From the NCBI GenBank assembly GCA_964446605.1, contig CAYUPN010000009.1, forward strand, positions 1,721-65,720: a DNA stretch of 64,000 nucleotides, in the 5' to 3' direction. Position 1 is the stretch's first letter; each line of letters begins with the position of its first letter. This DNA is from an uncultured Bifidobacteriaceae bacterium. Lineage in GTDB: Bacteria; Acidobacteriota; Vicinamibacteria; Vicinamibacterales; JAENWD01. The notes below the pieces were generated by a model. The model did not search any database. It saw nothing but the letters and a program-made list of their open reading frames with translations, and had not been told where the DNA came from. Positions 45,301 to 52,846 of this stretch are shown piece after piece. The translations under genes and the position numbers were made by a program.

Positions 45301-45749
45301 GTCAGGCCCAGCGGCACCGTGACGACGAGGCGGCCGTCGGCCGCCAGCACCCGGCGCGCTTCCATGAGCACGCGCTGGGGGTGGATCAGGTGCTCGAGCA
45401 CCTCGCCGACGATCACCGTGTCGAACGTCTGGTCCTCGAACGGCAGGGCGGTGGCGTCGGCCGCCTGGAAATGCAGGCGCTCGCGCACGAGCGCGCTTTC
45501 CTTCGCCGCTTCCTCCCGGGCGAAGTCGAGTGCCTGCTCCTCGATGTCGATGCCGGTGCAGTCGAAGCCCTCGCGCGCGAGGATCAGGCCGACGATGCCG
45601 CCGCTGCAGCCGATGTCGAGGATGCGATGGCCGGTGGCCTGCTCGCACATCCAGTGCACGCGGCGGCGGCAGCGCTGCGTCGACGGGTGGTTCGGGTCGC
45701 CGTAGTAGGCACGGACGATGCGGTCGGCGTTCATGGTCACGGTCCTCAT
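42345..45749 (-). CDS. 1134-aa multidomain protein: class I SAM methyltransferase, long coiled coil, FWWL-motif domain, Pro/Ala linker, CgeB-like (DUF3880/Glyco_trans_1_2) glycosyltransferase and a degenerate GT2-like domain
   Basis: ILDIGCSGGIVGLILA...VIVGEVLEHL is followed by about 150 aa of heptad-like Q/L/R/E sequence. Then come ..HFPQDAHGTYAGFHPLDSAWAIAHLEALIRSGAEYLLLPAAAFWWLTHY, ..VFWNKEDPVHFDRF...MFSRRVFELLACGTPVV and ..VSVLVP...EVVIVPGDG. The ATG at 45749 overlaps the wecB stop (ATGA). Confidence 0.65.
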   Translation of the reverse strand: MRTVTMNADRIVRAYYGDPNHPSTQRCRRRVHWMCEQATGHRILDIGCSGGIVGLILAREGFDCTGIDIEEQALDFAREEAAKESALVRERLHFQAADATALPFEDQTFDTVIVGEVLEHLIHPQRVLMEARRVLAADGRLVVTVPLGLTHDHVDHKRVFYPSSLVRLTRAYFDTISVTVEDTYIRYTGTRRSREAAVAAPQEDDALLRQLEEHCLSVEADRGRARTFLRNLKADLRAARLRAAAVQKLEARLEDAELMADARQAALARAERAAERLDASLREREQQHLAALRDLDAGYRKRLQDQEKKLQQLERLQQQEKRLQTEAAKLQQQQKQLQTREQALQARERRNGHDQEQEATADRLRQFAAAACPRSARILVVSKGDERLVTLRGQAGLHFPQDAHGTYAGFHPLDSAWAIAHLEALIRSGAEYLLLPAAAFWWLTHYAEFRDYLAAATTPVAYQPDLGLLLRLSREPRPGEQPLPDDTVARAAAAFGAGQAAGSAPRTAVDPGTPAAAPPTTPASGLPAVPPSRSASSLPTPPATGNGRADSGASAPAAETPAAAAAPPVPAPAPAGAPAIHKPSMVSASAVSEPPARRAGGDPIAVAAVLDRFTASCLRPEARLITFRPDNWRETLEAHPPDVVFVESAWQGNEGAWKYRIATYPTNMGDELLDLVRWAKKRGIPTVFWNKEDPVHFDRFLARSAAFDYVFTSDARCIPKYRAHFGHDRVHALPFAAQPVLHNPVQTEPRTGLVCFAGTYYGSRHDERRRDLAHILLPALEYGLDIYDRQAGIPSSDRDSYSFPDVYQPAIRGRLEYDEMVRAYKRYRVFLNVNSVKDSPTMFSRRVFELLACGTPVVSSYARGIVELLGDAVFIAESEEDTRRHLEALFNGGEWARASLRGIRRVLSGHTYRRRLATVWETIGLRRAEDHDPSVSVLVPLQAGQDPRPLAAAIRAQTLRPHEVVIVPGDGTPAPALEWWHAQLPGIAVRASSTAGDLWQEAIGSSSADAVAVMDPRDHYGPDYLRDHALALEYASQDFFGKQSFQRREGQTRVVCVTPGSEFHPVRSVPSGTLVARRAAFTPEVLQAVRTTRVFSRPSEDILSIDAFNYVQNAHVAYGSAAPMESPMLALVEA

Positions 45750-46888
45750 GCGAAGAGGCGCGCGCGCTGCGGCACGGCCGGCGCGGCCACGTGTGTCTGC
45801 AGGGCGTCGACGATGCGGACGGCGGCGCGTCCATCCCAGCCTTCCGGCACCCGCTCGCCCGGCTCGAAGCGCTGCCGGCCGAGCGCCTCGAGGCAGCACC
45901 GCACGAGCGTCTGCCGCTCGAGCGGCCAGGGCGCGAGCTGGTTGGTGCCTTCGAGCAGCGTCACGGGGCGCTCGGTCTGTTCGCGCAGCGTGACGCAGGG
46001 AACTCCGAGCGCCGACGTCTCTTCCTGCAGGCCGCCGGAATCGGTGAACACGGCGCGCGCGCCGTCGGTGAGCGAGAGCATGTCGCGATAGCCCAGCGGG
46101 TCGAGGATGGTGAGCGGGGCCAGCAGCCCGTCGAGGCCGCACTGCGAGATGTTGCGCCGCGTGCGCGGATGGAGCGGCAGCACGACCGGCATCTCGCGCG
46201 TGAGATCGCCGAACGCGTGCAGCAGCGTCGCGAGCACGTCCGGGTCGTCGACGTTCGACGGCCGGTGCACGGTGGCGACCGCGTAGCGGCCGCGCGGCAG
46301 GCCGAGCCGGCCCGGCAGGTCCGCCGTGCGCGCCAGCGGCAGCTGCGCGAACAGCGCGTCGATCATCACGTTGCCCGCGAGCACCGCGCGCTCCTCGGGC
46401 AACCCCTCGGCGGCGAGGTTCGCGAAGGCGTCGCGGCTGGGCAGCAGCAGGAGGTCCGCCAGCCGATCGGTCAGGACGCGGTTCACCTCTTCGGGCATGC
46501 GCCAGTCGTGGCTGCGCAGTCCGGCTTCGACGTGCGCAATCCGTACGCCGAGCGTCTCCTTCAGCTTCACCGCCACGAGCGCGCACGCCAGTGTGGAGTT
46601 GACGTCGCCGACGACGACGAGCCAGTCCGGCCGGACGTGCACGAGCACGGGTTCGAAGGTCTGCATCACGCGCGCGGTCTGGTCGGCATGCGTGCCCGAT
46701 CCGACGCCCAGATGGAAGTCCGGCTCGCGGAGCCCCAGATCCGCGAAGAACGCGTCGGACATCTGCGGGTCGTAGTGCTGGCCGGTGTGAACCAGCGAAT
46801 GCGCGATCCCGGCGTGGGCCAGGGCGGACGCGATGGGCGCGACCTTCATGAAGTTCGGGCGGGCGCCGGCGACGAGCAGCACATGCAT
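45746..46888 (-). CDS. wecB: UDP-N-acetylglucosamine 2-epimerase (non-hydrolysing)
   Basis: MHVLLVAGARPNFMKVAPI....HTGQHYD..MS..FF..L....PD..L.VGSG.HA.QTA, plus VGDVNST, HVEAGLRS and FTDSGG.QEE. Confidence 0.85.
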   Translation of the reverse strand: MHVLLVAGARPNFMKVAPIASALAHAGIAHSLVHTGQHYDPQMSDAFFADLGLREPDFHLGVGSGTHADQTARVMQTFEPVLVHVRPDWLVVVGDVNSTLACALVAVKLKETLGVRIAHVEAGLRSHDWRMPEEVNRVLTDRLADLLLLPSRDAFANLAAEGLPEERAVLAGNVMIDALFAQLPLARTADLPGRLGLPRGRYAVATVHRPSNVDDPDVLATLLHAFGDLTREMPVVLPLHPRTRRNISQCGLDGLLAPLTILDPLGYRDMLSLTDGARAVFTDSGGLQEETSALGVPCVTLREQTERPVTLLEGTNQLAPWPLERQTLVRCCLEALGRQRFEPGERVPEGWDGRAAVRIVDALQTHVAAPAVPQRARLFA

Positions 46889-49551
46889 CAGAGGCACAGT
46901 CCTTTCCCGGCTGCCGCGGGAGACAGCCGACGATAGAGCGCGTGGGAGCGGCGGGCGAGACGGGACCACGTGTGCGACCGCAGGACGAGCGCGCGTCCGG
47001 CGCGTCCGAGCCGGCGCCGCAGGATGGGCGCGGCGGCGAGCGGCAGAAGCGCCGCCGCCAGGCTGCCGGGATCGCCGGCCGTGAACAGCCGCCCGGTGAG
47101 GTCGCCGTGCACGAGCTCCCGCAGCGCAGGCAGATCCGAGGCGACGATCGGGCGCTCCATCGCCATCGCCTCGAGCGGCTTGAGCGGCGGGACCAGGCGC
47201 GTGACGCGGTGGTCGGCCCGCGGGATCACGAAGACGTCGAGCAGGCTGTGGAACCGCACGACCTCGTCGTGCGGCACACGGCCGGTGAAACGTACGTAGT
47301 TCTCGATCCGGAGATCCGCGGCGAGGGCGTGCAGGCGATCGCGATCCGGGCCGTCGCCGACGATGAGCCCGTACACGGCGGCGCCGCGCCGGACGAGAAG
47401 CGCGAGCGCGTGCAGCAGACAGTCCAGCCCCTCGTACGGGTTCAGCGTCGAGATGCAGCCGACGACGGTGCGTCCGGCGGGAATCCCGAGCGCGTCGCCG
47501 AGTCCCGTGTCCCGGCCGCGCGGCTGGAACATGTCGGCGTCGACGCCGTTCGGGATCACGTCGATGCGTCCGGGCGGCACGCCGCGCGCGACCAGATCGC
47601 CCCGCATCGCGTCGCTGAGTGTGACGACGTGGTCGGCGGCGAGGGCACAGGCGATCTCGCGTGCCCGCAGCAGCTCGTAACGCTCTCCCGGTCCGGCACC
47701 TGCGGGAAGACCGGCACGCCACGTGTCCTCCCAGACGCCCCGCATCTCGTAGACGACGGGGATGCGCGCCGTGCGCCCCGCGGCGAGCGCGACGGCCGCG
47801 TTCCGCCAGTCCGACGCGGCATGGAGCAGGCTCGGCCGGTGCTCGCGCACGAGCGCGTGCAGCGATCGCGCGTGGGCGGTGAGCCGATCGTCGAGCCGTA
47901 CCGGGACATCACGACCGGCCCCCAGCCGGTGGTATGGCACGCCGCCGACGACCTCGTGGCGCACGGACGGCTCCGGCGCCGCATCGCCCGGAAAGCCGAG
48001 CTCGGTGGCGACCGACGCGTCCACGCCGGCCTCCCGCTGCGCGCGTACGATCTCGTGCGTGCGCAGCGTGTACCCGCTCTGCACGCCGGGCAGCGACGGC
48101 CCGACGACGTGCAGCACGCGGGCCGGATCCGGTTCGAATGAGAGGGCGGCCAGATCGGCCGGTGACCAGCGGCCCGACAGCGTCTGCCACTCCCCATCCG
48201 CCGCGTCCCGAGCCTGCAGCAGATCGGAATCGCCCGGCGTCAGCCGCAACGCCGCATCGAACGCGCGGATCCCGTCCTGCAGATGCCCCAGCTCCCGGAG
48301 CGACCGCGCGGTCCGCCCGAGCAGATAGCTTCCGGCGTGCTCCGGGATATCACGCACGAGCCGCCAGGCAGACACCGGGTCGCCGGCTGCCAGGTACCGT
48401 GCGGCCTCGACCCGCGCAGACGCCGGCGACACGACGATCGCGCTGCCGGTGTCCATCGTCGAGCCGCAGATCGTGTCGAGCACGTCGCGCGCCCGTGTAG
48501 CGGATGCGGAAGACAGGGAGGCGAGCTGCGCGGCCAGTGTCCGGAGCCCCTCGACGTCACGCACGCCGAGGCCCGCAGCGGCATCTCCGAGAATCCGGCG
48601 GGCCTCGTCGTCCGCGACGTCGAGGAGATCCATCGCGCAGGTCAGCGCCGACGCCGAGTCCGGCGCGAGCCGGATGGCATGCGACAGTGCCTGCAGACTG
48701 CCGCGCGCGTCTCCGGCGGCGCGGCGTGCGCGCGCGAGCCAGAGCCACGGCCAGACGAGGCCGCCGTGTGCCGACGCGGCGCGCTCGAAGATCCGCGCCG
48801 CCAGGCCGGCCTCGCCGCGCTCCAGCGCATCGCGGCCTTCCCAGGGCGCGATCGGGACGCCGCGGAAGCTGCGGAGGTCGACGCCGAAGCGCCGCACGGC
48901 GAGGCGGACACGCGGATCGCACAGCGTCCCCGTCTCGACGCAACGGGCGTCGCGGTAGCCCTCGACATCCGGCGCGCCGGCCGGATGGCAGCGGAGCTCG
49001 ACCGGATCGGGCCCGAGCGTGGACAGCCACTCGATCAGCCGCTCGGGGGCAATCGCCTGCGGCAGGGGTCGGCCGGTGCGTGTCTCCCCGTAGAACTCGA
49101 GCCAGGTGGTCACGTCCGGCGACTCGTGGCGGAGCGGGACGCGCAGCTCGCGGGCGAGCCCGCGCAGGATGCTGCGCAGCGGCTCGCGGCGGTGCGCCTG
49201 CTGGTGCGAATCGAGGTGCGTGGGGTCCTCGCCCATGAGGTCGCGGAAGCGCGCGAGCTGCGCCGCGACCTCGCGCGCGACGTCGTCGCGGCTGGCGGAA
49301 TCGACCACCTCGTACCGCCGGTGCCACCGGCCCCCCGACCAGAACCACTCGCCGAGATCGACGTGCAGGCCGACGCTGAGCGCGGTGTGGGCGCGCGCGT
49401 ACTTCGCGGCCCCGGTGGCCGCCGGCCAGCGCACCATCAGGCTCGCGCTCGTCACGATCCCGTCCTCGAACGCGCGGACGACGCCGTCGTTGATGCCGGG
49501 CGAGCGGCCGAAGTCGTCGGCGTTGACGATCAGGAGGCGTTCGGCGGTCAT
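46888..49551 (-). CDS. Three-part fusion: YdjC/ChbG/HpnK-type carbohydrate deacetylase, TPR-like helical region and GT4 glycosyltransferase
   Basis: N-terminus MTAERLLIVNADDFGRSPGINDGV..AFE.GIVTSASLMV...HLDSHQ. A helical Ala/Leu/Arg-rich middle region follows. The C-terminus reads ..VIPNGVD...GR...K....L.EAMAMERPIVASD. The ATG at 49551 overlaps the upstream stop. Confidence 0.7.
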   Translation of the reverse strand: MTAERLLIVNADDFGRSPGINDGVVRAFEDGIVTSASLMVRWPAATGAAKYARAHTALSVGLHVDLGEWFWSGGRWHRRYEVVDSASRDDVAREVAAQLARFRDLMGEDPTHLDSHQQAHRREPLRSILRGLARELRVPLRHESPDVTTWLEFYGETRTGRPLPQAIAPERLIEWLSTLGPDPVELRCHPAGAPDVEGYRDARCVETGTLCDPRVRLAVRRFGVDLRSFRGVPIAPWEGRDALERGEAGLAARIFERAASAHGGLVWPWLWLARARRAAGDARGSLQALSHAIRLAPDSASALTCAMDLLDVADDEARRILGDAAAGLGVRDVEGLRTLAAQLASLSSASATRARDVLDTICGSTMDTGSAIVVSPASARVEAARYLAAGDPVSAWRLVRDIPEHAGSYLLGRTARSLRELGHLQDGIRAFDAALRLTPGDSDLLQARDAADGEWQTLSGRWSPADLAALSFEPDPARVLHVVGPSLPGVQSGYTLRTHEIVRAQREAGVDASVATELGFPGDAAPEPSVRHEVVGGVPYHRLGAGRDVPVRLDDRLTAHARSLHALVREHRPSLLHAASDWRNAAVALAAGRTARIPVVYEMRGVWEDTWRAGLPAGAGPGERYELLRAREIACALAADHVVTLSDAMRGDLVARGVPPGRIDVIPNGVDADMFQPRGRDTGLGDALGIPAGRTVVGCISTLNPYEGLDCLLHALALLVRRGAAVYGLIVGDGPDRDRLHALAADLRIENYVRFTGRVPHDEVVRFHSLLDVFVIPRADHRVTRLVPPLKPLEAMAMERPIVASDLPALRELVHGDLTGRLFTAGDPGSLAAALLPLAAAPILRRRLGRAGRALVLRSHTWSRLARRSHALYRRLSPAAAGKGLCL

Positions 49552-51020
49552 GAGCGGGGACTCCCGGACCCCAGGGCCTCCGCGTGGACGCCGTCGTGGC
49601 GGTCCTCGATCAGCTCGAGCCTCGCCTGCAGCGCGCGCAGCTGCGCCCGGGCGCGGTTCAGCTCCGCGCGGTGCGCACGGGCGCTCTCCATCCGGCCGGC
49701 ATCGCGTTCGGCCTCGAAAGCGGCGCGCCGCTGCCGGATCCGCTCGCGCGTGGCCTGCATCGCATCCTGCAGGCGATCGATCGCGAGCCCCAGCGGGTGC
49801 GGGCGGACCGACACCGGCCGGGCGCGGCCGCGCCGGAACGCGGCGCCGCAGGCCTGCAGCAGCTGTCCGAGGACCACCTCGTGGTCGAAGTACTCGCGGG
49901 CGATCGCGGCCGCCGCCCCCGCGTGGCGCGCGGGCTCCGCCGCCACGTGCGCGACCGCGTCGGCGGCCTCGTCGAGCGTCCGGAACGCGAAGAGCCCGGC
50001 CCCGGCCGGCAGCACGTCGCCGAAGCCGGTGTCCTGGGTGATCACCGGCCGGCCCGCCGCGAGATAGCAGGCGCTGCGATCGCTGAACCAGCCGGTGCGG
50101 AAGCGGACGTTCTGGTCCTTCGCGACGGTGAACTCGGCCAGCGAGGTCTGCAGGTACTCGCGATACGAATCGAGGTCGCGCACCAGCGCGAACGCGGGCC
50201 GCACGTTCCAGCCGTGCGTGACGAGCAGCGACCGGTCCGCCGGGTCCAGGCTGGTGCCGCTCAGCGCGAGCTCGAACGTCTGGCCCGTGCGTGCCGGCAG
50301 GTCGAGCACCTTCAGGAACTCGAGGTGCTTGCTCCAGTGATAAACCTCGCCCCGGAAGCGCACCGGCCGGCTGCGCTGCATCCAGTTGCCGACGGTCGTG
50401 AAGGTCCCGCCCGGCGGCGCGTCGTTCGCCCAGAACTCCCGGACGACAGGCTGTCGCGTGGGCATGAACGCGAAGTCGCGTGCGACCGGCAGGGAGCAGC
50501 GGGACGTGCCGTAGTTCTCGCCGAACGTGAAGAAGGCCGCATGCGACTCGAGGAACGCGAGCGTTCGCGGGCGGCGGCGGTGCAGCTCGATCTGCAGCGC
50601 CACCGGATCGGTCTCGAGGTACACGAGCCGGCCCGTCGCGGCGTGCTCCGCCCGCGGCGTGGTCCCGCCGTGCAGATTGACGATGAGCTCCGCCTCGCGC
50701 CACAGCTCGCGGAGCCGCACCTCGCTGAGCCCGTAGCAGCGCCGGTCCGCGTGCAGCGCCTGGAAGGCCCAGCGATTGCCCAGATCGAACCGGCGCAGGA
50801 CGTCGTTCAGGAACCGCGCCGCCCGCAGGCTCCGATCGCCCGCATCCGGCTCGCCGTCGGCGAGCATCGCGGAGGGCTGATGGCCGCCGGCTTCGACGTA
50901 GTACGCGTCGAACCCGAGGCGCTCGAAGCCGACGAGATAGTGCAGCGTCTGCCAGATCACGCCCGGGACCGGGTGCTTGCTCATCATCCCGAGCACGACG
51001 ATCGACCGCCGGCGGCTCAT
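49548..51020 (-). CDS. GT-B-fold glycosyltransferase-like protein, paralog family member 4, with a C-terminal coiled-coil tail
   Basis: VPGVIWQTLHYLVGFERLGFDAYYVE, plus FTTVGNW and WFSDRSACYLAAGRPVITQDTG. It has an extra ~100-aa helical tail (..RAQLRALQARLELIED..). Confidence 0.55.
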   Translation of the reverse strand: MSRRRSIVVLGMMSKHPVPGVIWQTLHYLVGFERLGFDAYYVEAGGHQPSAMLADGEPDAGDRSLRAARFLNDVLRRFDLGNRWAFQALHADRRCYGLSEVRLRELWREAELIVNLHGGTTPRAEHAATGRLVYLETDPVALQIELHRRRPRTLAFLESHAAFFTFGENYGTSRCSLPVARDFAFMPTRQPVVREFWANDAPPGGTFTTVGNWMQRSRPVRFRGEVYHWSKHLEFLKVLDLPARTGQTFELALSGTSLDPADRSLLVTHGWNVRPAFALVRDLDSYREYLQTSLAEFTVAKDQNVRFRTGWFSDRSACYLAAGRPVITQDTGFGDVLPAGAGLFAFRTLDEAADAVAHVAAEPARHAGAAAAIAREYFDHEVVLGQLLQACGAAFRRGRARPVSVRPHPLGLAIDRLQDAMQATRERIRQRRAAFEAERDAGRMESARAHRAELNRARAQLRALQARLELIEDRHDGVHAEALGSGSPRS

Positions 51021-52846
51021 GCCGTCCGCACCTCGGCCCCCTGCGCGCGCAGGACGGTGTCCGGCTGGGCGCGCCGCTGCCGCGTCTGGGCGGCGTAGAG
51101 CTCGGCGTACAGTCCCGGCGTGGCGATGAGATCCTCGTGGGTGCCCGACGCGACGATGGCGCCGCGATCGAGGACGTAGATCCGATCGGCGTGCCGGACC
51201 GTCGGCAGCCGGTGCGAGATCATCAGCGTTGTCCGGCCGGTCGCGAGGCGGTCGAGGGCGTCCAGGATGATCGCCTCGGTCTTCACGTCGATCGACGAAG
51301 TCGGCTCGTCCAGCAGCAGGATGGGAGCGTTCTTCAGGAACGCGCGCGCAATGGCGATGCGCTGCCGCTCGCCGCCGGACAGCTGCGCGCCGCGCTCGCC
51401 GAGCGGCGTCTCGTATCCCTGCGGCAGGCGCGAGATGAAGTCGTGCGCGTTGGCCGCCTCGGCGGCCGCGACGATCTCCTCCTCGGTCGCCTCCAGGCGG
51501 CCGTAGCGGATGTTGTCCGCGATGGTGCCCGAGAAGAGGAGCGGCTCCTGGAGGACGATGCTGATCTGCGAGCGCAGCGACTCGAGCGTGAGCTGCCGGA
51601 TGTCGTGCCCGTCGATGAGGACGCGGCCACGGTGCGCGTCGTAGAAGCGCGGAATGAGGCTGAGCAGCGTGCTCTTGCCGGCGCCGGTCGGGCCCACGAG
51701 CGCGACGAACTCGCCCGGCTCGATCGTCAGCGTGATCTGGCGGAGCGTGTCCTTCCGCTTCGGATAGCTGAACGAGACGTTCTCGATGGCGACGCGTCCC
51801 GCCGCGGCGGGCAGCCGCACGGCGTCGGGGGCCTCGCGCACTTCCGGCGTGCGGTCCAGCAGCGCGATCGCCGAGCGCAGCCCGACCATCTTCTCGCGCA
51901 TGTTCGTGACCGTCGTGCTGATCGCCTCGAGCGGCTGGTAGACCGAGGCGATGTAGCTGGTGAGCACCAGCAGCTCGCCGATGGTGAGGCGGCCGTCGAT
52001 GACGCGGTGCGCGCCGAGCCAGAGCACCAGTGCGGTCCCGCCGGCCGTCGCGGTGTTGACCATCAGCGAAAAGGCGGTCTGCTGCACCGTCAGCCCGACG
52101 CGCGCGGCCACGGCGCTCTCTCCCTGCCGGCGAAACCGCCGGTACTCGTACGGCTCGCGGCCGAAGGCGACGATGACCCGGAGAATCGTGATCGCCTCGT
52201 AGACGATCGACAGCGACTGGGCCTCCATGCTCTTCACCTGCCGGAGCCGCGGCTCGACCCGCCCGGTGTAGTAGCCGACGGCGGCATAGAGAGCAGGGAC
52301 GACGGCGAGCGACGCGATCGCGACGGTGCGGTCGATCGAGTACGCAATCCCGAACATCCCCGTCAGCGTCAGCGCGCTGCGCGCCAACGGCGGGATCATC
52401 AGCGGGACGCTGCCGATGGTGGAGGCCTGGTTGTTGATGCGGTACATCAGCCCGCCGCTGCGCTGGCTGTCGATGAACGTCATCGAGAGCCGCTGGGCGT
52501 GCCGGAACAGATCGCTGCGGAAGTCGAGCACCATCCATTGCTCGAGCTTCACGTTGACGTAGTTGCTCAGCACGGTGACCGTGTTGGCGAGGAGCGTGAC
52601 GCCGAGACCGCCGAGGACCGCCACCAGCATCCAGCCGGCGCGATCGCTCTCCGGGATGGGCACGAGCCCGCTCAGCCAGTCCGGCATCGGCTGCCCGGCG
52701 AGCACGTGGTCGATCAGGATCTTCAGCGGCCACGGCGCGAGCAGGCTGGCGCCCGTCGCGGCGAGCACCAGCGCGAGCGAGCAGGCGGCCAGGAGCCAGT
52801 ACGGCCGCAGATAGGACAGGATGCGGTGCGCGATCGGCTGCGCCAT
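51017..52846 (-). CDS. ABC exporter, fused permease/ATPase (MsbA/NdvA-like type)
   Basis: Six-helix TMD followed by Walker A GPTGAGKST, signature LSGGERQR and Walker B LLLDEPTS. GGGAGG RBS. The start overlaps the upstream stop by 1 nt. Confidence 0.85.
   Translation of the reverse strand: MAQPIAHRILSYLRPYWLLAACSLALVLAATGASLLAPWPLKILIDHVLAGQPMPDWLSGLVPIPESDRAGWMLVAVLGGLGVTLLANTVTVLSNYVNVKLEQWMVLDFRSDLFRHAQRLSMTFIDSQRSGGLMYRINNQASTIGSVPLMIPPLARSALTLTGMFGIAYSIDRTVAIASLAVVPALYAAVGYYTGRVEPRLRQVKSMEAQSLSIVYEAITILRVIVAFGREPYEYRRFRRQGESAVAARVGLTVQQTAFSLMVNTATAGGTALVLWLGAHRVIDGRLTIGELLVLTSYIASVYQPLEAISTTVTNMREKMVGLRSAIALLDRTPEVREAPDAVRLPAAAGRVAIENVSFSYPKRKDTLRQITLTIEPGEFVALVGPTGAGKSTLLSLIPRFYDAHRGRVLIDGHDIRQLTLESLRSQISIVLQEPLLFSGTIADNIRYGRLEATEEEIVAAAEAANAHDFISRLPQGYETPLGERGAQLSGGERQRIAIARAFLKNAPILLLDEPTSSIDVKTEAIILDALDRLATGRTTLMISHRLPTVRHADRIYVLDRGAIVASGTHEDLIATPGLYAELYAAQTRQRRAQPDTVLRAQGAEVRTA

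Noticed and set aside
46888-50703. Track ORFs that read as giant single proteins (46888..50703, 42345..46586, 45746..47722, 49548..52898, 51017..54226, 52846..56028, 8692..11208).
   Set aside because: Each is a real gene plus a stop-free upstream extension running through the 3' end of the neighbouring gene in another frame. The extensions are Arg/Pro-rich nonsense. Genuine starts sit at internal ATG/GTG codons that overlap the upstream stop or follow an SD sequence.
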